Positions 26,306 through 39,835 of a DNA stretch of 64,000 nucleotides are shown piece by piece. The position numbers and the translations under genes are program-made. The stretch covers positions 97,836,001 to 97,900,000 of the forward strand of contig NC_043000.1 in assembly GCF_006345805.1 (NCBI RefSeq). Reading direction: 5' to 3'. The stretch's first letter is position 1. The number at the start of each line of letters is the position of its first letter. The stretch comes from Octopus sinensis. Its lineage: Eukaryota. The notes beneath the pieces were generated by a model that saw only the letters and a program-made list of their open reading frames with translations, was not told the DNA's origin and made no database searches.

Positions 26306-27852
26306 TGTGATAAAATATTAATTCGGGAAACAATAAAAAAAAAAAAAAGGAAAATTATGCATGCAGAAATAAAAATGGAAGAAAAAAAAAACCGAAATTA
26401 TTAAAAGCCTAAACTGGTATGGTATTATTGAGTTTGGGGTTTCCAATGGATCAATTATACACCCTGTTTAAGGTAGTTCACAGTGTAGTTTGTAAACATA
26501 ACGGTTATCCAATTAGTTTAAGTTAATTTGGAGTGTAGCCAGGATAGGGTTCCACCTTCAAGAGTTGATTGTATTAAGCCCAGTATTTATTTGTTCATTA
26601 ACTAGTTATTGCGTATACTTCGGAAGACGAAACAGTAAAGTCTGTTTCAGTAGGATCTTGATTCAATAATACAAAACACAAAACACTTTGCCTATTGCTC
26701 TACTGATTATTCCAATCAACCGTGTGTGTGTGTATGTGAGTGGTGTGTATGTATTTCATATGCACACATATATATATACACAGATATATACATGTGTACA
26801 TGTATATATGTAAATGTGCGTGAGTATGTGACAGTACACCAAACAAGGATAGTTGTGTTAAAACTTCAGTTCAAAATTATTACATATCAATATTCAAAAC
26901 TGTAAATGAATTTCTAAAAATATTTTCTACCAGGCATTTATGTGTACATTGCGTGTGTGTGTGTGTGTGTTATATCTGCTAGCTATTGAAATTAAACAAG
27001 CATGAATTTTGAAATTTATAAAACATATGAATTAGACTAAACAAACAGTTAAAAAAATTGGGGATAAACAGATGGAAACAATGGTTTTCTGAAAATTCAA
27101 TTCAGAATGATTTTGATACAGACACACACACATCAGGTTATTATGCCTAAGTAATATATATATATATACATATATATATATAGATAGATAGATGGATGTA
27201 GATATATATATATATATATATACACACATACATACAAACACACGCACACACACACACACTCATAGAAATCAGATTTAACTGTATTAATAAGAGAGAGCTT
27301 CTACATGCCAGACCTAGAAATAGCAGTTAGATCTTTCAAATTATACTATCATATTATTTTTTAAAAAAAAGGACATATTGGGCAATTTCTTGATTAATGC
27401 TTTTGCTCATACAACTAATGGATGAGGCCTGATTTGGTGCTAAGCTGCAACAACACTGTGTGCTTATTTATTTAATATTAACAAGCTAACATACATGCGA
27501 AGAAACAAAATTGCAAATGTATTTTTCAGATGAAATGCTACAGGACTCTCAGATTTCAAATCCTCAACTCTCTAAAGGGTTTATGAGATAGATAAAATAG
27601 ATGGGAAAATGAACTTTTCTGGTTTTGCCTTCAGACCCTAGCCAAAATATGCATGGTGCAAGATACATATTGAGGATAAATAAATAAAGAATAGAGTATA
27701 TGAAATGTGAAAGTGCAGAAAACAGAACTGCAGATAGTATCAAATGTATACATTAGGAAAAGAACAAGACATCAATCACTAAATGACATTCACAAAAAAA
27801 AAAAAACTAGTGATTAAAAATAATATGAAAAGAAAAATTTGATTTAATTTAA

Positions 27853-27900
<48 letters not shown>

Positions 27901-28234
27901 CACACACACACACACACACGCACGCATGCACACACAGGGGAACACATTAATGGAGAACAAGGTGGAAAAAAAAGTGGTCGAATACCAAAGGTAGAATAAT
28001 AGGATTTTTATTAGAGCAGCAGAATTATCACAAAACTGTTACTCAGAGTTTCCGCTCCTTGGATAGCTGTGATGACAATTGTCTGACAAAGGTATATACA
28101 TACATACATATACACAAATGCATATATATACACACATGCATATATATATACACACATACATATATATACACACATACATATATATACACACATACATATG
28201 CATATATATATATGCATACACACACACACACATA

Positions 28235-28980
28235 TATATCAACGGATATGCATACATACATACATATATATGTCAACAGATATGCATACATACATACATA
28301 TATATGTCAACAGATATGCATTACATACATATATATAACAGATATGCATACATACATACATATATATATCAACAGATATGCATACATACATACATATATA
28401 TATATATCAACAGATATGCATACATACATACATATATATATATATCAACAGATATGCATACATACTTATATATATATATCAACAGATATACATACATATA
28501 TATATATCAACAGATATATATACATACATACATATAGATATCAACAGATATGCATACATATACATAGATATCAACAGATATGCATACATATACATAGATA
28601 TCAACAGATATGCATACATATACATAGATATCAACAGATATGCATACATATACATATATATAGATATCAACAGATATGTATACATATATATAGATATCAA
28701 CAGATATGCATACATATACATATATATATAGATATCAACAGATATGCATACATATACATATATATATAGATATCAACAGATATGCATACATATACATATA
28801 TATATAGATATCAACAGATATGCATACATATACATATATATAGATATCAACAGATATGCATACATATACATATATATATAGATATCAACAGATATGCATA
28901 CATATACATATATATATAGATATCAACAGATATGCATACATATATATATAGATATCAACAGATATGCATACATATATATA
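28235..28980. repeat. Minisatellite, ~30-38-bp unit with core TATCAACAGATATGCATACATA, about 20 or more copies
   Basis: Seen directly. It produces the ([10 protein letters not shown])n and ([10 protein letters not shown])n ORFs. Confidence 0.92.
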
Positions 28981-29060
28981 TATCTATATATATATATATA
29001 TATATAATATAAAATAAATATAAGAGAGTGGTCACTATATGGCTCACTCTTATTAATTAA

Positions 29061-29111
<51 letters not shown>

Positions 29112-29118
29112 CACATAT

Positions 29119-29872
29119 GTACGCTGGTATGGTATGAGAAAGGATGAGGATAGCTGTGTGAAAATGTGCCACACCATAGCAGCTGGGGGAACCTGTGGAA
29201 GAGGTAGGCCCAGGAAGACCTGGCATGAGGTTGTGAAGCATGACCTTCGAACATTAGGCCTCACCATGGCAATGGCTAGTGACCGAGACTTTGGAAATAT
29301 GCTGTGCTTAAGAGACCATAACCTCGTGGCCTATGCCAGGGGTGTAACCAGCCCACTTATGTGTACCTTTCCTTCATTGGACACTAAATTCTGCTAGCAA
29401 AGACCTGTTAAGGCAAGTGAAATCGAAATCAAATTCGATGACCAACATCCGTGCTAGTGGAGCGCTAAACGCACCATCCAAGCGTGATCGTTGCCAGAGC
29501 AGCTTACTGGCTTCCGTGCCGGCGGCACATAATAAGCACCATTCGGGCGTGATCATTACCAGTGTCGCCTAACTGGCACTCGTGCTGGTGGCACATGGAA
29601 AAAAAACATTTGACTGAGGTCGTTGCCAGTACCGCTTGACTGGCTCCTGTGAGCGTGACCTTTGCCAGTACCGCCTGGCTGGCCCTTGTGCCAGTGGCAC
29701 GTAAAAAGCAACCACTACACTCTCGGGGTGATTGGCGTTAGGAAGGGCATCCAGCTGTAGAAACTCTGCCAGATCAGATTGGAGCCTGGTGCAGCCATTT
29801 GGTTCACCAGTCCTCAGTCAAATCGTCCAACCCATGCTAGCATGGAAAGCAGACATTAAACGATGATGATGA
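29119..29872 (+). mobile_element. RTE-clade LINE 3' fragment (ORF C-terminus plus 3' UTR)
   Basis: Translates to RWYG..GRGRPRKTWHEVVKHDLRTLGL, typical of an RTE C-terminus. The UTR has GTGCCAG/CTGGCAC repeats and ends in (GAT)n. Confidence 0.85.
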
Positions 29873-29899
29873 TAGACAGATATGCATACATACAATATT

Positions 29900-30052
29900 G
29901 TTTGTATACTGCTGCTGGATTGCTTTGAGTTCCACAGTTTGTTTCACACTCTCTAGGGACCATAGTAGTAGTCCAAGTGGCTGAGAACGAAAGTCCTCAT
30001 TAGGAGTAGCAGGGCCACCCTTTTCCTGGTTCTGAAAGTCCTCAGAATCCAT
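29900..30052 (-). mobile_element. CR1-clade LINE RT fragment, near-identical to 32700-32848
   Basis: Direct sequence match. The peptide ..SVKQTVELKAIQQQYT is present. Confidence 0.75.
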
Positions 30053-31005
30053 CTCAGTGTAGATGAAGCCATGATAGGCTATAAGGGCAGAGTACATTTA
30101 CGGTAGTACATGCCTGCCAAACCTACTAAATGGGGAATCAAGGTATGGGAAGTTTGTGAATCAGAAACTGGATATTGTGTAAACGTCGATGCTTACACAG
30201 GTAGAAAATATAATGGAGACTATATGGATTAAGACATGATGTAGTGTGGTCTCTTACTGAACCATTTCATCATCAGCACCGACACTTTTATTTTGACCTT
30301 TTTTTTTCTTCCGTGGTTTTGACAGAAAATCTTGCCCATATAAGTACTTACACGTGCAGTACTGTATGGGAAACCGTAAAGGTTTACCCTGTGAAGTGAA
30401 AAGAAAATTAAAAAAGAGGGGACATTTTACAAATGCAGAAAGAAAATTTATTAGCTACTGCTTTCAAAGATAAAAGACAGATTTTATTTGTCTTTTAATA
30501 AACAACCTGGTGTTGGTGCTGAGGGGAAACCTCTAGTGAATATTTATTATAACAAATATATGGGTGGGGTAGATAAATCTGACCAATATCGGGCATATTA
30601 CCCAGTTGGTGAACATGGGAAGAAATGGTGGAGGTACATTTTGTGGTTTCTAGTTAATTTAACTAGAGTAAATTCATATGTTGTATATGTAAAAAGTTAC
30701 AAAGTACCTCTGCCACCAAAGGACTGTGACAATTTGAAATTTGGGTTGACATCACATCTCAGGTACGTGAGGGCTTTTCTTCTAGAAAGTACAGAACTGG
30801 GAGAAAAGCATAATTAACTAAGGTGGATGTCAACAGAGAAAATATTGACTTTCAAAAAGTCGGAAAGATAAATGGAAGAAAAAAAGTTTGCAGACTGTGT
30901 TCTCTGCAAAAAAACAAACAAACAAAAAACTGCTAAAGGGTATCATATTGAGACTTCATATATATGTTCCTTTTACGTGCCCTTGTGTAAAGAGAGCTTT
31001 CATGA
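30052..31005 (+). pseudogene. piggyBac (PGBD4-like) transposase remnant, 5'-truncated, with stops and frameshifts
   Basis: LSVDEAMIGYKGR..YMPAKPTKWGIKVW, FYFD, YNKYMGGVDKSDQ, KKWWRYILWF, and a C-terminal Cys-rich CVLC..CSF..VPLC. Confidence 0.9.
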
Positions 31006-31509
31006 CAAAAATGTCATAACTATATTATTTTGCAACTATATTTTTTATCATATATTCCTTTTCATTTTATTGTAATATGTGAAAGTGAGAAATATATTAA
31101 TTTTCAGTATGTTACACACCTGTATTCACCTTTGTCTCACCTGTTAATGATGTTTGTTTTATTAGATGCATTATGTTACATAAATGAATTTATTAAATGT
31201 ATAAAAGTACAAAGCCAATGGTATCTTGAAAAATGTAAAATTGTTGGCAGTTGACATCTTGGATGATTTTGATAACAAATCAAACAGGTAGACGTATTAA
31301 GAATATGAATTTTAGTGTTTATTCTTAATGTGATTGTTTTTACACCTGTTAATTAACTTTACCTGCCCATTTAATCAGAAAGATCAGCTGAAATTACGTA
31401 ATTATAAACCACTGCCATATAAGCACCCATTTACAAAATTTCAAATTGGCATGTAGAAAATTAACAAAGTTACAAGCAAATATTGTGGACACCCCTCTTG
31501 AACCTGAAT

Positions 31510-31576
31510 AAATCAAAATTAATGTGAACAGATAAGCATTACATTTGACAAATGAATCTGAATATTAAAGGGTTAA
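31510..31576. mobile_element. piggyBac-type terminus (..AAAGGG|TTAA), candidate right end of the transposase-bearing element
   Basis: The reverse complement TTAACCCTTT..AAATGTAATGCTTATCTGTTCACATT resembles the left end of the MITE at 42863. Confidence 0.55.
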
Positions 31577-32159
31577 AAAGGTTTCTCAATGTCAACTTCT
31601 GGTATTGACACAAAAACAGTGAAGTCTGTCCCGGTCTAATTTTAATGTTTTCATTTCCAGTTTTAATTCGTTATTTGTAAACAGCTACAATAAATCACAG
31701 AAAGAAATATTTACTAAGTTTACAAATTTAAGTATTCAGTACAAGATAGTTTTCAACGTGCTTTTATTTATACGATTTTATCATTCCATGTCCATCTCAT
31801 TCATTGTTTGCAATGTTCTCTCTGTATCTCACTCACACACACTCTAGATTTTGATTTCTTTATTACACAAATATCACACTAAAACTTTGCAATTCAACAT
31901 GGGGAGTCTGAAAATATGGGTATTATTTTGCTGGAACTCACACATTTCATTAATTTACATACAAATTTTTTATTTATTTTTATTTTTCATGCCATGTTCA
32001 GCTCTATGTATTTGTAGTCAGTCAAATACGCACACGTGTTTTTGTATACATTTAAGTATGGTGTGTGTTGTCACGTATTCAAACATGCATAAATACATAT
32101 GCATACATTTTATTTTTTATGTGTGTATGAGAGAGAGAGAGAGAGTGATGTCTAAGTGG

Positions 32160-32190
<31 letters not shown>

Positions 32191-32346
32191 ACAAAAAAGA
32201 CGTAAGCCTATTTATTTATGTCTGTACGTATACATGACAGCACGCTCTTTCACTCACACTCTCTCTTTCACACACACGTCCAATTTCATCTGATGTTTGA
32301 TACTGTGTGTGTGTGTGTGCATGCATATGGCATTTCACAATTGTCA

Positions 32347-32582
32347 GAAAACAGCAGAGGAATTTTCTTTCTTGATGTTCCTGGACACAGGTAAAACATT
32401 TGTAACATTTCTTCTTTCCAAAGTAAGGCAACAAAAAAAAAAAAAAAAAACTGCAGTTGCTGTACCATTATCTAACTTTGCTACCACCATTCTTCCAGGA
32501 CAAACAGCTCATTCTGCTTTTAAATTACCATGAAACCTGCTCACAAGTGACAGTCTAATTTCTAACATAAGCAAAGATTCAG
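32347..32582 (+). pseudogene. Helitron/PIF1-family helicase fragment
   Basis: GIFFLDVPG/TGKTF (Walker A, frameshifted), LLSKVRQQKK..AVAV, ATTILPGQTAHSAFKLP*NL..NISKDS. Confidence 0.85.
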
Positions 32583-33130
32583 GTTCAACATCTTCCAAAT
32601 ATATATCATTGCATATCTCTCGTCTTCTCTTCAGGGAGCAGAGACTCAGCTCTTTTAGCCTCTCCCAGTAGCCCATCTTTTGCATTGATTCAATCTTCTT
32701 TGTGTATTGCTGCTAGATTGCTTTGAGTTCCACAGTTTGTTTCACACTCTCTAGGGAGCATAGTAGTCCAAGCAGCTGAGAACGAAAGTCTTCGATAGGA
32801 GTAGCAGGGCCTCCCTTTTCCTGGTTCTGAAAGTCCTCAGAATCCATCCAGCCACTCACCTGCACAGTGTTGCCATCTTGGAATGTTGTACTATTGCTCA
32901 TGTGAACCCCCAGGTCATGCACCGACTGACTCTGGGATTGTATTACCTTCTGATCCAGTGTATTCCGATTTTAGCGAGAGTACCATCGGTGTCAGTTTCA
33001 CAATATGGATGAGACCCACATTATCTGTGAGGCAGAGATCCAGTATATTACCTGCACTGGTTGGTTGGAATACTATTCATTCTGTGTACAAAGTGTTCAT
33101 GAGGGACTTCACCTGTCCTTGTTTGCAACA
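32583..33130 (-). mobile_element. CR1-clade LINE remnant, internally deleted (endonuclease-side piece fused to RT C-terminus)
   Basis: QPTSAGNILDLCLTD (33000-33080), then DLGVHMS..SGW..RTFRTR, then YWERLKELSLCSLKRRRE..IYIWK. Confidence 0.8.
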
Positions 33131-33154
33131 AGCCATATATAGGTATGTGTGTGT

Positions 33155-33197
<43 letters not shown>

Positions 33198-33199
33198 TA

Positions 33200-33350
33200 T
33201 ATAGTTGAAATTTATAGAAAAACAAAAGACGAAGACAATGTAAGAGTTACAAGCAAGTGTATTAGTGTGACGCTCAAGAAAATGAAAAATTATTTTGTTT
33301 CGAGCCTATGCTCTTCAACAGAAAGCAATAAGAGAAAATAAACAGAGAGA
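33200..33350 (-). mobile_element. Possible Penelope-derived repeat with a decayed hammerhead-like motif
   Basis: CTGTTGA-A-GAGC-ATAG-GCTC-GAAAC at 33321-33297. The cleavage triplet is missing. Confidence 0.35.
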
Positions 33351-35624
33351 GAATGTAAAGGACTTGTAGATTTAGTGATATATATATATATATGTATATC
33401 TACATACACACACACATATATATATACATACATACATATATATATATGTATATCTACATACACACACACATATATATATATATATATACATATATATAAA
33501 TATATATACCTACATACACACACACACATATATATATACATATATATAAATATATATACATACATACATACATACACAAAGTAAATTGTTATTTGTACTA
33601 TGAACAGCAATATCTGAAGTAATGACTTGCATTATTCTCAATACATTCATGCAGATTTGAACACAAATATGATGTACACAACAGCTATCATCATACTTGC
33701 ATTTAATTCTTGCTGGAATGTATTAAGAATAAATATTTAAATCATTGATTTTATATATATGTATATATATATACACATACACACAAATACATACATACAT
33801 ATTACACACATACATATATACACTCACACACATGGTGGGCCTCTACTAAGTTTCAATGGGTGGCCCAGGGCTATAACAGAAGATATTTCCAAAAAGATGC
33901 CATGTAGGGAGACTCAACTTAAAACCATATTGTTGCAAAGTGAGCTTCTTAACCACACAGCCATGCCTTTACCAATAATCCAAATTTTATTTTAATACCT
34001 ATATTTACCTGGATAAGTGAAGATATGTAAATGTATGCAAATATATTCAAATACACAGTTATATTGCTATAATAATTCATTTTTAATACTTCTTTAGCAA
34101 GAAAAATAAATGGTAGAAATAGAAAATGAAAGTGAAGAAACAAAATGACTAAAGTTTGAGAATAGTGATTTCTCTAACTGCCTTAAAGCATAAATAATAA
34201 AATTCCTCAACTACAGGAATATTAAAATATAAGAACTCATTTCTAGACTAGATAACAGTAGGTAAAATAAATATGCATGGAAACAATTTGGGAGAAATGG
34301 TAGAGAGTTGGCCAAGATATCTTGTGGCATTCTGTAATGTCTCTTCACAAAATTAGTTCAAATCTTGTCATAGTTGACAGACATCCTTCCAATACTTTTG
34401 TTTCAAATTTTGGCATAAGACCAGCAATTTTGTGGGGAGGGAACAAATTAGTTATATTGGCTCCAGCACTTGGTGCTTCATTTTATTGGCACTAAGAGGA
34501 CGAATGGCATGGTTGGATTTAGTCTCAAAACATAAAGAGCCAAAAGAAATGCCACTAAGCATCCTTCCAATTGATGAAACAAAGTAGCTATAAATTTTTG
34601 GAGGCCACTATAATCACCTACATCCTTAAATTATTGCCACTTCAATATCAACAGGTTTATTGTGTAGTACGATATCATATATCCTTAAGAGCAGCCTATG
34701 TTCTAACATTGTCTCAGTCCAATGACTGATACCAGTATAAGTACCAAAATAAAATAAAATTACTTTTTATTATTACAAGATACATTTTGCACTCCACTCA
34801 CAAAACAACAAAAATAATATTAGAAGATGTCTGTAGAAATGTACTTGTCAACTCATAAACTGATGAGTGAAATATATATATATATATTATATACGCATAG
34901 AAATAGTAATTTTGATAAATATATACACTATTGTATGTATTGCATATTTTGCCTTAAAGGGGAATATAAAATATTTTACTATATAACAAAAATGTTTAAA
35001 AAATAAAATTAATAAAACAGGAAATTCATTCTTTATTGCAATAGTCTTTTCTATTATTGGCCATGAACTTAGCACATTGGGGACAATACAAAGACAAAAT
35101 AAAAAAAACAAACAAGGTTGACATTAAGTAAAGAAAGGAAGTTAACAACAATAGATGATATTAACAAACTTAAGAGTTTCAAAATTAGGCACAAGGCCAG
35201 CAATTTGGGGAAAGAGGATTAGTTGAGACCATTGACTCCATTAATTGACTGGTACATTACCATATCAACCCTGAAAGGATAATTGGCAAAGTTCAATTTT
35301 GCAGAGATTTGAACTCTGAAAATATGGAGCTGGAACAAATGCTACAAAGAGATTTTTTTTTACAATGCACTAATGATTCTGCCAATCCAACTAAAAAAAC
35401 AGTAACATGCTGTGTCAGCCAGAGAGGTCTTTTATATGAATCCATTCATGTAAGAGGGTGAGCACGTGTGAGTATAAATAAATAAATAAATAAGTAGCTG
35501 TTATATGCAAGCGAATATGATCTGGAAGCTTGTACTATGTTTTGATTGTTTCATGAAGTTGCAAGAAGACAGCCATCTTACTCTTGACCCAGCAGAAGAG
35601 AGAGAGAGAGAGAGAGAGACACAC

Positions 35625-35661
<37 letters not shown>

Positions 35662-36725
35662 GTACACCAGAACTAAACTGTTTATTTTTTACAGCTGAAC
35701 AATATGAAATGAAGTGCCTTGTCCAGGGATGCAACAACATGCTGAGTGATTCCAAGAACTGACCCTACAACCAAGTTAACCAAGAGGCTATGTGCTATCA
35801 GACTGCACGGTATATATATACCTTTTATCTTTTAACTGCTTCAGTCATTGGACTGCAGCCAAGCTGGAGCACTGCTTGAAATGTTTTGCTGAATAAATTG
35901 GCCTTAAGACTTACTTTCTTTTAAGCCTGGTACTTTTAGGAAAGGGATGTAAAATTGATGTTCATATTACACATCTACCTATCTATATATACATGTCAGA
36001 ACAAAAGAGTTATTTGCTAACCAAAAAATTTTGATCAGGCAGTTTACCTTTATGTATTAATTCTCCTTCAGCAGAGCAGATGACAGAAGGGGTGAAATAA
36101 GTGTATATAATAGGGTCAATACATAGGAACACAGACACGAGCTTCATACAAACAGAAAGTGAAATGATTCTTTCAAATGGTTCAATCAAAAATGCTGATA
36201 ATTTACAAGTGTTTACAGAGAAAAAGAAAAAAAAAGAAAAAGAAGAGATTATAGTTCAAGCAAACAGCATCCTAGACATCCTGCCATTGACATTTGTTAT
36301 TATCTTATATAAACCAACTGCAGATGGTAACTATTTTCTGCAAATTTAAAATGAAGCTGCTAATGTAAAGAACCGGATTACTGAGAGTTTTAAGTAATAT
36401 ATATAGGGTCTTATTGGTGTTGGTCATTAGATTAAGGTCATGCTGGAGCACTACCATCTATAGTGCAGCCAATTATGTCAACTTCATTTCCTAAAGTAGC
36501 ACTTATTTCACCAACCTTGGAAGGATGAAAGCTAAAGTGGACTTTGTGCACTTGCATTTTCAATTTGAACTCTTGACCAAGCTACCAGTTTTGGCAACTT
36601 TGTTCTGTTTTCTTTTCATTTTGTAGTTTACTTTGTACCTTCTTGCATTGTTCTGCCTTTACACAACTACATACTTGAAAGTTATACCTCACAAAACTTC
36701 ACAAAAATTACCTCATTTTAATATA

Positions 36726-37962
36726 CACAGACATGCAGGAAGTAAATAGACATCTTAAATTTTCGAAATCTTTTATTTAATATGCAAAGTGAATGACTGA
36801 AATGTAATCAATAGGCAGGACTACATACTTTGGTATTTAGTTGACATCCCCTTTTTTAATTCAGAAACTCTTTTTGGCATTGAACTGGTCAGCTTTGTGA
36901 TTGTCTCTTGTGGAATTTCTGCCCACTTTTCACGCAACAATCAAAACAATTCATCTTTAGATTTAGGTTTCTGTCAAGTTTTTCGTATAGCTCTATCTAG
37001 TATGCTCCAAAGATTTTCAAGTGGGTTCATGTCAGGAGATTTACTCGACCAAGGAAGCATTTTGATTCCATTTTCAGCCAGCCATTGTTGATTCCTTTTC
37101 ACTGTGTGGCATGGAGCCCCATCTTCAATGGATATAAACTCATTTTTCGTTATGTTATCGTGTGAATACATTAGAAGTTGTCCTTGCTTAAGTATTTCGA
37201 TGTATTTTTCAGAGTTTATGGTTCCAACACATTCGATCAGCTCAGAACGACCATTGCTGGTGACAGCTTCCCATAGCATTACAGAAATACCATGTTTCAC
37301 GGTTGGTTGGGGTCATTTCAAATCAAATTCTTGATTGGGAAGCCTCCAGACCCAAACATGTCCACTGTCTAAAAATAATGCAAATCTGGATTCATCTGAG
37401 AAAATCACTGTCCCAAAATGAACTGGATTTTTCTGACATCTTCTTAGTCCATTTCTTTCTTTTCATGATATTAATTGGTTGAAGGAGAGGTTTTCTAGCC
37501 GCTCATCCATAATACCCAAGCTTATACAGATATGTAACACACATTTTTGGACTAACTTCTAGCTGTTTTGCAATGTCAGAAGCCTTTGAACGGGGTTTGT
37601 TTTCCACAATTTTCTTCAAACAGCGAAGCTTCCTTTCTGAAGTCGGCTGGGATGAGAATCTGCTGATTCTTTTCCTTGGCTTTTGAATTGCACTATAATT
37701 CTATTAACAGTAGCAAGAGGAATTTGAAGATTTTCGGCAATTTTCCGCTGGCTAAGACCAGCTTCAGATTGCTCAACAATACAACCTCTTTGAAAATCTG
37801 GCAGTTCTGTTGAATTTTTTGTGCGTGGCATGGTTAATCTTCGCAAATGTTTAATATAATGGCACCTGGAATGAAAAAGAATAATTACATTATAAATTCT
37901 ACACCGCTTAGATCAGAAATTTTGAAAATCAAAGGTGCCTATTTACTTCCTGCATGTCTGTG
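36726..37962 (-). mobile_element. Full-length Tc1-family DNA transposon (1237 bp)
   Basis: TIRs CACAGACATGCAGGAAGTAAATAG at both ends. TA target sites at 36724-25 and 37963-64. Confidence 0.95.
36821..37831 (-). pseudogene. Tc1 DD34E transposase, frameshifted
   Basis: [27 protein letters not shown] (HTH), FSDESRF, and EDGAPCH followed after 34 aa by the E of PDMNPLENLW. Confidence 0.93.
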
Positions 37963-38080
37963 TATGTATATATATATATATAATACATATATAGACATAC
38001 ATGTATGTAAGCAGATACACACATATTTACATGTAGAAATATATGTGTAAATAATATAAAATATAGGTGTGTGTGTGTGT

Positions 38081-38111
<31 letters not shown>

Positions 38112-38261
38112 TTTCACCTGGAGTTGAACTTCACGAGTAAGTCATTGTATCCAAGTCCTTGTGCAAAGGCCAAGGCAATTACATGTAGAAAAGCAATTGT
38201 AGCCAGGTTAAGAAATTTTTAAAAATTCATTTTCAATCTATTTCATGAAATTATCTTTTAT

Positions 38262-38648
38262 CTTTTACTTGTTTCAATCATTAGACTGCAACCATGCTGG
38301 GGCAGTGCCTTGAAGACTTCTTAATTGAATGTATCAACTCCAGTACTTATTTTCTAAAAGCCTGGTACTTATTTTATCAGTGTCTATTGCTAAACAGCTA
38401 AGTTACAGTGACATAAACACACCAAGACCAGTTGTCAAGCAGTGGTGGGAAGAAACACAAAGAGAGAGAGAGAGAGATACACAAACAAACAACGGGCTTC
38501 TTTCAGTTTCTGTCCACCAAATCCACTCACAAGGCTTTGATCAGCCTGAGGCTATAGTGGAAGACACTTGCCTAAAGTGGCATGCAGTGGGACTGAACCC
38601 TGAACTATGTGGTTGGAAAGCAAGCTTCTTACTACACAACCATGCCTG
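38262..38648 (-). mobile_element. OR1-type SINE, full length, CpG-decayed
   Basis: Colinear with 16213-16601. Confidence 0.85.
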
Positions 38649-39449
38649 CCAACATTTTTTTGTCCAAATGCAACTTGGTCACGGATTTATGTGTGTGAAA
38701 TAAAATACTTAGTGAGAAGAGGTGAAACAAGCACAAGTATATGAATATGCTCATGCATGGAATTGCACATATAGCCTCATATTGTTGCTTTGTGAATGGA
38801 ATTCAGGAGATGAAAACTAAATAGAAGCCTGCGTGTATGTATGAGGGACCTGATTACTACTGGTGTTAAAAAATTCAACAACAACAAGGTTGCATACACT
38901 AAGTTGAAACATGCTCACAAATATAATTGAGGATGGGAAACCTTCTCCCAGAGAAGGGCATGAAAGAGTCTCTTTCATGTGACTAGTGTGGCTGTATCTG
39001 CTTCCTAAAGGCAGGCCTACTCAACCACAAGAATGGTTACAAAGGCACCCATATCTACTAATGTGACATCCAGCATGTTCTTTCCTGCACCATGGGTGAA
39101 CTGGCCAATGGACTCACTCAGTATTGTAGGTGCTAATATACAGATGTTCAGGCTGTTTGCTGGAAGGCTGATTTATGGTTGATGGGAAATGACTTGTAGG
39201 CCTCTTGCAAGCCTTAGGAGCAATATGAGAGGACATCATCAATGAGGAGACCAAACTTGATATGTTTCTTAGAGTGAAATGGGTTTCAGAAATGGTCTTA
39301 CTTGGTCACACATCAACTTCCACCATTTATATGAATAAGATATGTGTATGCATACATGTATGTGTGCAACTGTGGAAAATCCTGTGTTCAGTTGCGTCCT
39401 TTTATTTCAAATGCTAGTTTTTCAATTCAGTAAATATAGGAACAAAGAT

Positions 39450-39835
39450 GGCTGTGTCATTTAAGAAGTTTGCAATCACATGGTTTCAGGATCATTCTCA
39501 AAATGTGGCACTTTGGACAAGCATCCACTATAGCCTTATTCTAACCAATGCCTTGTGAGTGAATATGATAGACAAACACTAAAGGAAGCTTGTTGTGTAT
39601 GTTTGGTGCAAGAATGTTGACATCCTACAGCTCCATTTGAGTAAAATTGTGAATGATGTATGTGAAGACTGCTTGTTGACATTATAACCAGTTGCTCTGT
39701 TTCCAATAACCTGTGGGACAAAAAAAAAATCTCCCACTTGAAAAACATGTCAGGGTTGTGTGCAACTGTAAAATGCTGTATCAACTGATTTACTGTGAAA
39801 CTCATGCTAACATGGAAAAACAAATGCAAAATGAA
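39450..39835 (+). mobile_element. OR2-like SINE (OR head with RTE-like tail), degraded
   Basis: GGCTGTG..TTTGGACAAGC head. The tail ..CTCATGCTAACATGGAAAA resembles the RTE 3' end. Confidence 0.55.

Noticed and set aside
28053-28074. miR-2-like sequence on the minus strand (CATCACAGCTATCCAAGGAGCG)
   Set aside because: There is no complementary arm to form a pre-miRNA hairpin, and the middle diverges from miR-2.
28235-28980. Regularly spaced direct repeats resembling a CRISPR array (also 3455-3930)
   Set aside because: The spacers are (AT/AC)n rather than unique, the context is eukaryotic, and there are no cas genes.
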